The translations under genes and the position numbers were made by a program. Below, one piece after another: positions 31,034-39,528 of a stretch of 64,000 nucleotides of DNA; positions within the stretch are counted from its first letter, which is position 1, and every line of letters begins with the position of its first letter. Source of the stretch: Escherichia coli (GTDB lineage: Bacteria > Pseudomonadota > Gammaproteobacteria > Enterobacterales > Enterobacteriaceae); the NCBI RefSeq assembly GCF_041248615.1, contig NZ_CP158426.1, one strand, 5' to 3'. Under the pieces are notes generated by a model that had not been told where the DNA came from, did no database searches, and saw only the letters and a program-made list of their open reading frames with translations.

Positions 31034-31230
31034 TGAAAGTGAGGGCACTCCAGGGGGATACCGTCGATTTACTCTGTTTCCGGCACTACGGCACCACGCA
31101 GGGGGTGACCGCACAGGTACTTGATGCCAATCCAGGGCTCTGCCGCCAGGTAATTCTGGAAGCGGGACAGGAGGTGGAAATGCCGGAGCCGGAAAGGAAA
31201 CAGCAACGCGAAAAGGTAAAGCTATGGTGA
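31033..31230 (+). CDS. tail protein X (LysM-like, P2 gpX-like)
   Basis: 65 aa MKVRALQGDTVDLLCFRHYG; ATG overlaps gpL stop. Confidence 0.85.
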   Translation: MKVRALQGDTVDLLCFRHYGTTQGVTAQVLDANPGLCRQVILEAGQEVEMPEPERKQQREKVKLW

Positions 31231-31514
31231 CGGGATTTTTTCAGCGCGTCAGTGACTGGATCACCTTCTGGGCGTCAGTGACGGCAACAACCATTGGTGT
31301 TATGACCATCAGCGAAAAAATTGCGCTGGCCGGGCTGCTTCTGGGGTCACTTTCCGCCATCCATGCCTGGTGCCACCGCAGGCGTACGGAGCAGGCAATG
31401 AAGCGCCGCAATGACCTTATCGCCCGCATCCTGGCACGTTCAGAAAACCGCGAGCTTCACGACGGTGAGAGACGGGCACTGGACAGCGTGAGACAGGACG
31501 GAGAAGAGCGGTGA
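31224..31514 (+). CDS. holin (pinholin-like, 2 TM)
   Basis: 96 aa; two TM segments then charged C-terminus; immediately upstream of endolysin. Confidence 0.7.
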   Translation: MVTGFFQRVSDWITFWASVTATTIGVMTISEKIALAGLLLGSLSAIHAWCHRRRTEQAMKRRNDLIARILARSENRELHDGERRALDSVRQDGEER

Positions 31515-32056
31515 AACTGCCGGTAAAACGTTATGCGGTGGCGGCCATTGTGGCGCTGGGCGTCTCCATGGCACCCGGTGAACTGAGAACCTCACGGGAA
31601 GCACAGATAAAAATCGCCACCCGGGAAGAGTGCCGGGCGACACCGTACCGTGATATTGCAGGAGTAATGACCGTGGGATGTGGTTCAACAGGGGGCGTGG
31701 AGAACCGGGTTTACGGAGAAAAGGAGGTGGCCCGCCGCTGGGTGAATGACCTGCGGCACGCGGAAAACTGTATCAACCAGAACTTCAGCGGTGCCGCCAT
31801 GCCCCAGTCCGCCTTTGAGGCGATGACCGACGCGGCGTTCAACGTCGGCTGTACCGGCCTGATGTGGTACCGGGACAGGAGCGGCAACCGGCAGCGCACC
31901 ACCATCTGGAAGCACGCACAGGCGCACCGCTGGGTGGCGATGTGCGGGAGACTGACCGATTTTGTCAACAGTGGCGGACGCCGCTCACAGGGGCTGGTTA
32001 ACCGCCGGGAGGAGTTCAGACAGTGGTGTCTTCGCGACACGGGAGGCAGCACATGA
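31511..32056 (+). CDS. SAR endolysin (T4/P21-type lysozyme, GH24-like)
   Basis: 181 aa; N-terminal signal-anchor; motifs YRDIAGVMTVGCG and NVGCTG; REEFRQWC tail as in phage-21 lysozyme. Confidence 0.8.
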   Translation: MKLPVKRYAVAAIVALGVSMAPGELRTSREAQIKIATREECRATPYRDIAGVMTVGCGSTGGVENRVYGEKEVARRWVNDLRHAENCINQNFSGAAMPQSAFEAMTDAAFNVGCTGLMWYRDRSGNRQRTTIWKHAQAHRWVAMCGRLTDFVNSGGRRSQGLVNRREEFRQWCLRDTGGST

Positions 32057-32460
32057 GACCGGTTTACGCCGTGATTGTTGCCCTCATGGTGACCACCCTG
32101 ACGGCGGCGGCCATGTGGCAGTCATACCGGCTGGGGCGTGCCGGTGAGGCACGTGACGCCGCAGAGCAGCAGCTGGGCGAATACAGCCGGGCGCTGCGTG
32201 AGTCCTCCGCCGTTATCAGCGATGCCTCCGCCGTACTGCATGAGGTGATGACGCAGCGACAGAAAAGGGCACAGGAAGGAGAAGTCAGACGTGAACAGCT
32301 TCGCGAAATTGCTGCGACGGATGAGTGCGCCGGCACTCTTCCTGACCACCGTTTTACTGACCGGCTGCGCGAACACACGGAACGCGCCACTGCCCGCGCC
32401 CTCCTTCCGGTTCATTCCGGCGGGACTGACGACGGGAACACGGCCCCCGCCCTTCCCTGA
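32053..32460 (+). CDS. i-spanin (Rz / P2 LysB-like)
   Basis: 135 aa; ATGA overlap with endolysin; N-terminal TM then coiled coil. Confidence 0.7.
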   Translation: MRPVYAVIVALMVTTLTAAAMWQSYRLGRAGEARDAAEQQLGEYSRALRESSAVISDASAVLHEVMTQRQKRAQEGEVRREQLREIAATDECAGTLPDHRFTDRLREHTERATARALLPVHSGGTDDGNTAPALP

Positions 32461-32605
32461 ACACCCCACCTGGGGAAATATCGGGATATGGAGCGACAGC
32501 CTCCTGGATGCACTGGAAACCTGCAACGCAGACAAACGGGCCATTGAGGCGATGGAGCGCCGGAGACTCAACCGACAGAACGGAGAGGCGCATGCTGAAA
32601 AGTAA
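32291..32605 (+). CDS. o-spanin lipoprotein (Rz1 / P2 LysC-like), out of frame within and beyond the i-spanin gene
   Basis: GTG start with SD AGGAAGGAG; signal peptide with lipobox LLTGC; Pro-rich. Confidence 0.65.
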   Translation: MNSFAKLLRRMSAPALFLTTVLLTGCANTRNAPLPAPSFRFIPAGLTTGTRPPPFPEHPTWGNIGIWSDSLLDALETCNADKRAIEAMERRRLNRQNGEAHAEK

Positions 32606-33056
32606 ATCCCTGAGCACACACATGAGTACAGCGTGCCGGTGGTGCAGGGCCAACCCGGAAAAGTTCACCGTGTTCATTGAACGTGGCGGGATAGAGACCA
32701 CCGGCGAGACGCCGACGTTCGTGTACAACTACCGGCTGGTGATGTTCGTGATGGACTACACGGGCGATCTGGACAACCTGACGCTTCCACTGATTGTCTG
32801 GCTGGCAGAGAACCAGCCGCAGTTGCTGCTTAATCCTGAGCGCAACAACGATATTCAGTTCACGGCGGCCATTAACGACGACGACAGCGCGGACGTGCTG
32901 TTTGAGCTGCCGTTACGTGAACGCGTGCGCGTCACCCGCAGGGATGACGGCACCCTCATGACAGAACATCTACCGGAGCCGAAATCACGCATCCCGCAGG
33001 ACGGCGACTGGTCACACATTCTGGAGGATGTGACGTGGAACATTGTCACCGGATAA
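32592..33056 (+). CDS. tail completion protein (P2 gpR-like)
   Basis: 154 aa from ATG 32592 with SD GGAGAGG. Confidence 0.8.
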   Translation: MLKSKSLSTHMSTACRWCRANPEKFTVFIERGGIETTGETPTFVYNYRLVMFVMDYTGDLDNLTLPLIVWLAENQPQLLLNPERNNDIQFTAAINDDDSADVLFELPLRERVRVTRRDDGTLMTEHLPEPKSRIPQDGDWSHILEDVTWNIVTG

Positions 33057-33071
33057 CACGCGGAGAATGTT

Positions 33072-33728
33072 ATGGGGAAACTGAGATACCGTAACCTCGT
33101 TCCCGCTGAAGGAATGAGTAACATGTTTGTCAATATCCGGCTGGCAACCAGCCCGCAGGCAGTGAAGCGCATTGCCGCGCATGTGGGTAAGGAGCTGCGG
33201 CGCGTGAACCAGAGCCGGATGCGCGCCCAGAAAGCGCCGGACGGTTCGGTGTGGACACGCCGTAAACGCCGTATATCACGCCTTCAGGAGCGCATCAGCT
33301 TTATCTGGCAAAACCAGAACCGCACCCTGAAAAACTGGCATCACGGTTCAGGAAAATACGGCCAGACCATCACCGGCTGGGATGAAGACCGGAGCGGCAT
33401 ACGTACCTTTTACCGGAGTGATATCCTCCGTTTCCTTGAAATCAGGACACGCCGCATCAACCGTGACACCACAAAAACGGTGCCGATGTTTGCGAAGCTG
33501 CGCACGGCCCGTTATCTGAAAGTGAAGGCGGACGCATCAGGCGTGACGGTGGGCTACAGCGGCGTGGCGGCACGCATTGCCCGCGTTCACCAGTTCGGGG
33601 AGCGCGACCGGGTGGCCGCAGGGATGTATACGGATTATCCGGCCCGTGAACTTCTTGGAATAACACCGGCAGATGAACGACTTATTCAGCGTATCATTAT
33701 GGACAATATCGCGAGGGCTGTGGCATGA
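33072..33728 (+). CDS. virion morphogenesis / tail completion protein (P2 gpS-like)
   Basis: ORF open from 33072 (SD GGAG); true start may be internal (33114) giving a shorter product. Confidence 0.7.
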   Translation: MGKLRYRNLVPAEGMSNMFVNIRLATSPQAVKRIAAHVGKELRRVNQSRMRAQKAPDGSVWTRRKRRISRLQERISFIWQNQNRTLKNWHHGSGKYGQTITGWDEDRSGIRTFYRSDILRFLEIRTRRINRDTTKTVPMFAKLRTARYLKVKADASGVTVGYSGVAARIARVHQFGERDRVAAGMYTDYPARELLGITPADERLIQRIIMDNIARAVA

Positions 33729-34306
33729 ACGCGGAATTAATGCGCCTTATCAGCAACATCATCAGAACCGGCGTGATTTTCGACGTGAACCCGCAGACCT
33801 GGGAGGTCCGGGTGCGCAGTGGCGGACTGGAGACAGGCTGGCTTCGCTGGAGCACCGCGCGGGCGGGCGCGTTCAGTGTCTGGGTGCCGCCAGCCACCGG
33901 TGAACAGGTGGCGTTCGTCTGTATCGGTGGTAATCCCGAAACCGCGATAATCATCGGCAGCCTCTGGAGCGATGATATCCCGGCACCGGGCAGCACACTG
34001 AAGGAAATCATCATGACAGCACCGGACGGTGCGGTATTCCGCTACGATGCAGACGCCGGTGCACTGGAGGTTAAGGGGATTAAAACAGCCAGCATTCAGG
34101 CCGACACGCGCATCACCCTGGACACGTCGGAGGTGGTGTGTACCCGCAAACTTATCACCGCCACCCTGGAGGTGCAGAACGGCGGCGAGATGCGCGGCAG
34201 CATATCCCACAGCGGCGGCAGCCTGACATCCAACGGTATCACCGTTCATACGCACACCCACGGTGGCGTCAGGACGGGCCCGGGCACCACGGGAGGCCCG
34301 CAATGA
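33725..34306 (+). CDS. baseplate spike protein (P2 gpV-like)
   Basis: 193 aa; ATGA-coupled to gpS. Confidence 0.85.
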   Translation: MNAELMRLISNIIRTGVIFDVNPQTWEVRVRSGGLETGWLRWSTARAGAFSVWVPPATGEQVAFVCIGGNPETAIIIGSLWSDDIPAPGSTLKEIIMTAPDGAVFRYDADAGALEVKGIKTASIQADTRITLDTSEVVCTRKLITATLEVQNGGEMRGSISHSGGSLTSNGITVHTHTHGGVRTGPGTTGGPQ

Positions 34307-34653
34307 CCGCTGTTTACAGGGGGATGAACCCGCAGGGAACCGGCACGCTGAGCGACAGCGAACACCTGAAAAACAGCGTGCGGGATATCCTGACCACACC
34401 GCCAGGCAGCCGGGTGATGCGCCGCGAATACGGCAGCCTGTTACCGGACCTCATCGACGAGCCCATGAACGACACCACGCGTTTACAGTGCATGAGCGCC
34501 ACGGTGACTGCGCTGGCGCGCCATGAACCCCGTATAGCACTGCAGAACGTCGATGTGAACTGGCGGGCTGGCGGACGCGCCGTGGTGACGTTATCCGGCA
34601 TCATCACCGAAACCATGCAGAACATCACATTCAGTATCACCCTGAGGGAGTAA
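34303..34653 (+). CDS. baseplate wedge protein (P2 gpW-like)
   Basis: 116 aa from ATG 34303 overlapping gpV stop. Confidence 0.85.
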   Translation: MTAVYRGMNPQGTGTLSDSEHLKNSVRDILTTPPGSRVMRREYGSLLPDLIDEPMNDTTRLQCMSATVTALARHEPRIALQNVDVNWRAGGRAVVTLSGIITETMQNITFSITLRE

Positions 34654-34656
34654 ATC

Positions 34657-35553
34657 ATGCCTTCCGTTGACCTGTCACAGTTACCGGAACCGGCCATCAT
34701 CGCGCAGCCGGATTTTGAGTCCATCCTGGCAGACATTAAAACCATGATGGTGAGCTCCTTCCCGGAAGAATACCGCGCCGCCGTCACCCGTGCCCTTACT
34801 CTGGAATCCGAGCCATTGAACATCATTTCCCAGGCCATGGCCTTTCGTGAAATGCTGCTTCGCCAGCGCATCAATGAAGCCGCCCGCGCCTGCATGCTCA
34901 GCCACAGCCGGGGCAGTGACCTGGACAATCTGGCCGCCAACAACAACACCCGCCGCCTGGTCATTCATCCGGCCACTGATACCACGGAAGCAGTGATGGA
35001 AAGCGACACATCGCTGCGTCTGCGTGCCCAGTCAGCCTGGGACGGCCTGAGTGTGGCCGGACCGTCCGGCGCGTATGAGTATTTTGCCCGGAGCGCAAGC
35101 GGTCTTGTCCGTGATGCGCGCGCCATCAGCCCGTCACCGGCCACAGTCACCGTCTCCATCCTGTCAGCAGACGGTGACGGCACCGCCGGTGAGGCGTTAC
35201 TGAACACGGTGCGCACCGCCCTGAATGCCGAGAACGTGCGCCCGGTTGCCGACCGCCTGACTGTGCAGAGTGCTACCATCGTGAACTGGGTAATGGAAGC
35301 GAAGCTGTATTTTTATCCAGGGCCGGAGTCTGAACCCATGCTTGCGGCCGCTGACGCCGCTTTCCGTGCATGGCTGGCAGACCAGGGCCGTATCGGTCAG
35401 GACGTGGCCCTGTCAGCCATCACTGCAGCGCTGCATGTTCACGGTGTCCAGCGCGTTGAGGTCATAAAACCCACGCAGAACATCACCATCAGTGACACTC
35501 AGGCAGCCAGATGTACCACATTCAGCATCAGCGAAGGAGGACGCAATGAGTGA
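34657..35553 (+). CDS. baseplate protein (P2 gpJ-like)
   Basis: 298 aa. Confidence 0.85.
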   Translation: MPSVDLSQLPEPAIIAQPDFESILADIKTMMVSSFPEEYRAAVTRALTLESEPLNIISQAMAFREMLLRQRINEAARACMLSHSRGSDLDNLAANNNTRRLVIHPATDTTEAVMESDTSLRLRAQSAWDGLSVAGPSGAYEYFARSASGLVRDARAISPSPATVTVSILSADGDGTAGEALLNTVRTALNAENVRPVADRLTVQSATIVNWVMEAKLYFYPGPESEPMLAAADAAFRAWLADQGRIGQDVALSAITAALHVHGVQRVEVIKPTQNITISDTQAARCTTFSISEGGRNE

Positions 35554-36109
35554 CAGGAAAAAAACAGACAGCGCACAGCACAGTACATCACTGCTTCCAC
35601 CGTCCGCAGGGCCATTCATGCGCGCCACAGAGGCGACAGGAGTACGCATCAGTACCATACCGGTGGACGCCGACACCCTGTGGTCGCCGGACCGCTGCCC
35701 TGCTCACCTCCTGCCCTACCTTGCATGGGCATGTTCCGTTGACAGCTGGGACCGCAACTGGCCGGAAGAGACCAGGCGACAGGTGATTCGGGACGCATGG
35801 ATGATACATCGCCACAAAGGGACCATCAGTGCACTCCGCCGCATCGTTGAACCACTGGGCTACCTCATCCGTGTATCAGAATGGTGGGAGTTTGACGGCT
35901 CGCCCGGGACCTTCACCATTGAGATTGGCACACTTGAAACCGGAGTAAGTGAAGAGCTGCATGAAGAAATGGAGCGTCTGATTGCCGATGCGCGCCCCGT
36001 CAGCCGCCACCTCGTGGGGCTTAGTATCATCCAGGAAATACACGGTGCCATTTACGCCGCTGCCGCAGGTTACGACGGCGACATCATCACCATTTACCCG
36101 GAAGACTGA
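35546..36109 (+). CDS. baseplate protein (P2 gpI-like)
   Basis: 187 aa from ATG 35546 overlapping gpJ stop. Confidence 0.8.
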   Translation: MSDRKKTDSAQHSTSLLPPSAGPFMRATEATGVRISTIPVDADTLWSPDRCPAHLLPYLAWACSVDSWDRNWPEETRRQVIRDAWMIHRHKGTISALRRIVEPLGYLIRVSEWWEFDGSPGTFTIEIGTLETGVSEELHEEMERLIADARPVSRHLVGLSIIQEIHGAIYAAAAGYDGDIITIYPED

Positions 36110-36112
36110 ACC

Positions 36113-38347
36113 ATGAGCACGAGAAAATTCAGAACCCTTATCACCGACATCGGGCTGGCAAAGCTGGCCGCAACAACGGCGCCTGGCGGTAGACCTGTAC
36201 GCCTTACGCACATGGCTGTAGGGGACGGCAATGGAGAGCTTCGTCAGCCGCAGAAAAACCAGACATCGCTTTACAATGAGGTTTGGCGCCAGTCTGTCAA
36301 CCGCGTCTTCACCGACCCGGAGAACCCGAACCGCCTCATCGCCGAACTGGTCATTCCTCCTGAAACCGGCGGATTCTGGGTGCGTGAAATTGGTGTGTTT
36401 GATGATACAGGTACAATGATTGCAGTAGGAAATACCGCTGAAAGTTACAAGCCCACCAGAGAGGAAGGTTCAGGGCGGGCGCAGATATTCCGTGCAGTAA
36501 TCACCGTCACCTCCGACGCCGTGGTGGAACTGGTCATGGACACAACAACAATTCTGCCGACCACGGACTACATTGATGAGAAAATGGCGGAACACGCACG
36601 TTCCCGTAACCACCCTGACGCGACACTGACAGAAAAAGGATTCACCCAACTGAGCAGCGCCACAAACAGCACCTCTGAAACACTGGCCGCCACACCGAAG
36701 GCCGTCAAGGCTGCATATGACCTTGCAGCCGGTAAAGCACCCGCCAGCCACACCCACCCGTGGAATCAGATAACTGGTGTGCCATCAGCCTCGCTGACGG
36801 CAAAAGGCACCGTACAGCTGAGCAGTGCCACAAACAGTGAGTCAGAGACTGAGGCGGCCACCCCCAAAGCGGTTAAAGCCTTACACGATATGGTGACGAG
36901 CAAGTATACAGGACAGGATGCAACCACCGGACGCAAAGGCATCGTACAGCTGAGCAGCGCCACAAACAGCAATTCCGAAACACTGGCGGCCACACCGAAG
37001 GCAGTAAGTGATGCACTGAGCATGGCGTTCGTGAAGCCAACAACATCCCTGGGGGAAACAGACCTGAACACTCTGGGGCGTAAGGAAGACGCGGGAGATT
37101 ATTACCAGCAGAGTGACTCAGGTGCGAGAACAGACAGAAACTATCCTGTAGAGAAGGCAGGAGAGTTACGCATCCGTGTTGGTGCATGGGGATTCTGCCA
37201 GCATGAATACACGAGCTGGGATCCGCCACGAAAATTTATCAGGACAGTTACCGGAAACTTTAACGGTAACGGCCCATGGTCAGAGTGGGTGGAGGTGACA
37301 AACACAGATGCAACAACTGGACGCAAAGGCATCGTACAGCTGAGCAGCGATACAAACAGCAATTCCGAAACGCTGGCGGCCACACCAAGAGCCGTCAAGG
37401 CTGCATATGACCTTGCAGCCGGTAAAGCACCCGCCAGCCACACCCACCCGTGGAATCAGATAACAGGTGTGCCATCAGCCTCGCTGACGGCAAAAGGCAC
37501 CGTACAGCTGAGCAGTGCCACAAACAGTGAGTCAGAGACTGAGGCCGCCACCCCCAAAGCGGTTAAAGCCTTACACGATATGCTGACGAGCAAGTATACA
37601 GGACAGGATGCAACCACCGGACGCAAAGGCATCGTACAGCTAAGCAGCGCCACAAACAGCAATTCCGAAACGCTGGCGGCCACACCAAAAGCTGTTAAAG
37701 CTGCGTATGACCTTGCCAACAGCAAAGCCTCGGCAGCCCACACTCATCGCTGGGCTCAGATCACAGACGCCCCTGTTTTTTCGTCTGTTGCCCGCGTCAT
37801 CATGGGTAAACAAAGCATAAAAGATATTCTTGATTACTTTGGTTTAGGAGAAGGCTCGACGCTGCCAGTTGGCGTACCCGTTCCGTGGCCTTCGTCAAGA
37901 CCACCTGAGGGGTGGTTACAGTGCAACGGTGCCGCATTCACGCGTACAAAATACCCAAAACTGGCGGTGGCCTACCCTGACCTCAGGCTACCAGATTTGC
38001 GCGGGGAATTTATTCGTGGATGGGATGACCTGCGAATGATTGACAGGGGACGCTTATTGTTATCCACACAGGAAGCAACATATATTTGTACCGCCATACA
38101 GGCGTACCACGGCGTAGCGGGAGGTGCAGATATTCAGGCAGGGATTTCATTTGCATCACATGATAACGACATCATAAACATAACCCCTGATCAACCCAGA
38201 ACCGGTAACGGCATCCTGTACGGCACAAAACCAGTTGACAGATGGGCAATAGCCAGAGCCGGTAAGCTGGTGAGTAATGAAAAAGACAGATGGATAGCGA
38301 TCAGACCGCGCAATATCGCTTTTAATTATATTGTGAGGGCAGTTTAA
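36113..38347 (+). CDS. tail fibre protein (P2 gpH-like) with internal repeats
   Basis: 744 aa; repeated 35-aa units (GRKGIVQLSSATNSxSETLAATPKAVKA); divergent lower-GC C-terminal tip. Confidence 0.85.
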   Translation: MSTRKFRTLITDIGLAKLAATTAPGGRPVRLTHMAVGDGNGELRQPQKNQTSLYNEVWRQSVNRVFTDPENPNRLIAELVIPPETGGFWVREIGVFDDTGTMIAVGNTAESYKPTREEGSGRAQIFRAVITVTSDAVVELVMDTTTILPTTDYIDEKMAEHARSRNHPDATLTEKGFTQLSSATNSTSETLAATPKAVKAAYDLAAGKAPASHTHPWNQITGVPSASLTAKGTVQLSSATNSESETEAATPKAVKALHDMVTSKYTGQDATTGRKGIVQLSSATNSNSETLAATPKAVSDALSMAFVKPTTSLGETDLNTLGRKEDAGDYYQQSDSGARTDRNYPVEKAGELRIRVGAWGFCQHEYTSWDPPRKFIRTVTGNFNGNGPWSEWVEVTNTDATTGRKGIVQLSSDTNSNSETLAATPRAVKAAYDLAAGKAPASHTHPWNQITGVPSASLTAKGTVQLSSATNSESETEAATPKAVKALHDMLTSKYTGQDATTGRKGIVQLSSATNSNSETLAATPKAVKAAYDLANSKASAAHTHRWAQITDAPVFSSVARVIMGKQSIKDILDYFGLGEGSTLPVGVPVPWPSSRPPEGWLQCNGAAFTRTKYPKLAVAYPDLRLPDLRGEFIRGWDDLRMIDRGRLLLSTQEATYICTAIQAYHGVAGGADIQAGISFASHDNDIINITPDQPRTGNGILYGTKPVDRWAIARAGKLVSNEKDRWIAIRPRNIAFNYIVRAV
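36640..37700 (+). repeat. near-identical ~330-bp duplication inside the tail fibre gene
   Basis: segments around 36640-36990 and 37300-37690 almost identical at DNA level. Confidence 0.7.
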
Positions 38348-38958
38348 TGAGTAACACTGCAGTTCTGGATGAAAACGGTATCGCCACTTTCGCAGGCGAT
38401 ATCACTGTATATCACTATGATGAGGAAACCCGGGAATACACCTCATCCTCTGTGGAGTATCTCGCCCTGGGGGTGGGTACCCCGGCACATTCATGCGCCG
38501 ATGCCCCGCCAGAGGCAATGCCGGGTTACGTGATTTGCCGGACGTCCACGCTGGACGGGTGGGAGTATGTCCCCGATCATCGTGGAGAGACGGTATACAG
38601 CACAGAGAACGGTAATCCGGTCCAGATTACCCAACCAGGTGACTACCCGGAAGGGACAACGACAAAACAGCCTGCCACACCATGGGATACCTGGAACGGT
38701 GAGGCGTGGGTAACCGATACAGAACGGCAGCAAGCCGAAGAGCTGGAGGTTGCCAGACAGCAACGCAAGGAACGGGTGGATCAGGCGATGAAGTCCATCG
38801 ACCTCATCAACCTTAAGTTGCGGGCAGGTCGCAGTCTGACACCAGAAGAAACGGCAAAACTGAATGCCGTGCTGGATTATATCGACGAGCTGAACGCACT
38901 GGATATCAGCACGGAGCCTGAAATAAGCTGGCCGGAAACACCACCAGAAATGGAATGA
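38347..38958 (+). CDS. tail fibre assembly chaperone (P2 gpG-like)
   Basis: 203 aa; ATG overlaps gpH stop. Confidence 0.8.
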   Translation: MSNTAVLDENGIATFAGDITVYHYDEETREYTSSSVEYLALGVGTPAHSCADAPPEAMPGYVICRTSTLDGWEYVPDHRGETVYSTENGNPVQITQPGDYPEGTTTKQPATPWDTWNGEAWVTDTERQQAEELEVARQQRKERVDQAMKSIDLINLKLRAGRSLTPEETAKLNAVLDYIDELNALDISTEPEISWPETPPEME

Positions 38959-39028
38959 GCGGGGAAAAGGAACGGGCATTCATAAATAATTCATCATGCA
39001 GGTGCCGCAAGAATGCGGCACATTACCT

Positions 39029-39517
39029 TCACATCAGATCATTTACGCCGCTTACTGTGGTATTCCAGACCGAACTTAACTTCCCTTTCATTCCCGAAAG
39101 CATATCAGACACCGGCGACGAGGCCATACTCTCCCGCAAATCCTCATCACAGCGTTCCAGACTGACAGTGAACTCAATTTTTTTGGCCTTACCGTGGCGG
39201 TCAAGTTCGCTTCGCGTTGTGCGGACAGCCGTTATCACATACATGCCGTATATCTGCCCCACACCGTCAATCAGCGGCCATGGGCGACCAGTGTAAGCCT
39301 GCGTCGTTAAAAGGCTGAGGGAAACCTCACCGCCGGTAATTTCGGGATAAAGCACACCGGACAACGTGATCTGGTCGTCACCCGCCCCGATATACTGCCA
39401 GCTGGCCGAACGATTGATGCGTTCATTTTTAACGTGGCGCCAGGTTTTATTATGTTGCAGTTGTTGATGAGGCAGCGTACGCAACTCAAAAACAAACATG
39501 CCGTAAATCATCATCAT
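39029..39517 (-). CDS. tail protein (P2 gpU-like)
   Basis: 162 aa; last gene of the reverse-oriented tail block. Confidence 0.8.
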   Translation of the reverse strand: MMMIYGMFVFELRTLPHQQLQHNKTWRHVKNERINRSASWQYIGAGDDQITLSGVLYPEITGGEVSLSLLTTQAYTGRPWPLIDGVGQIYGMYVITAVRTTRSELDRHGKAKKIEFTVSLERCDEDLRESMASSPVSDMLSGMKGKLSSVWNTTVSGVNDLM

Positions 39518-39528
39518 GCGAGGTACTC

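Noticed and set aside
36470-37743. Minus-strand ORFs within the tail fibre gene (MWLAGALPAARSYAALTA... repeated)
   Set aside because: They mirror the fibre repeat duplication on the opposite strand and recur identically only because the DNA is duplicated.
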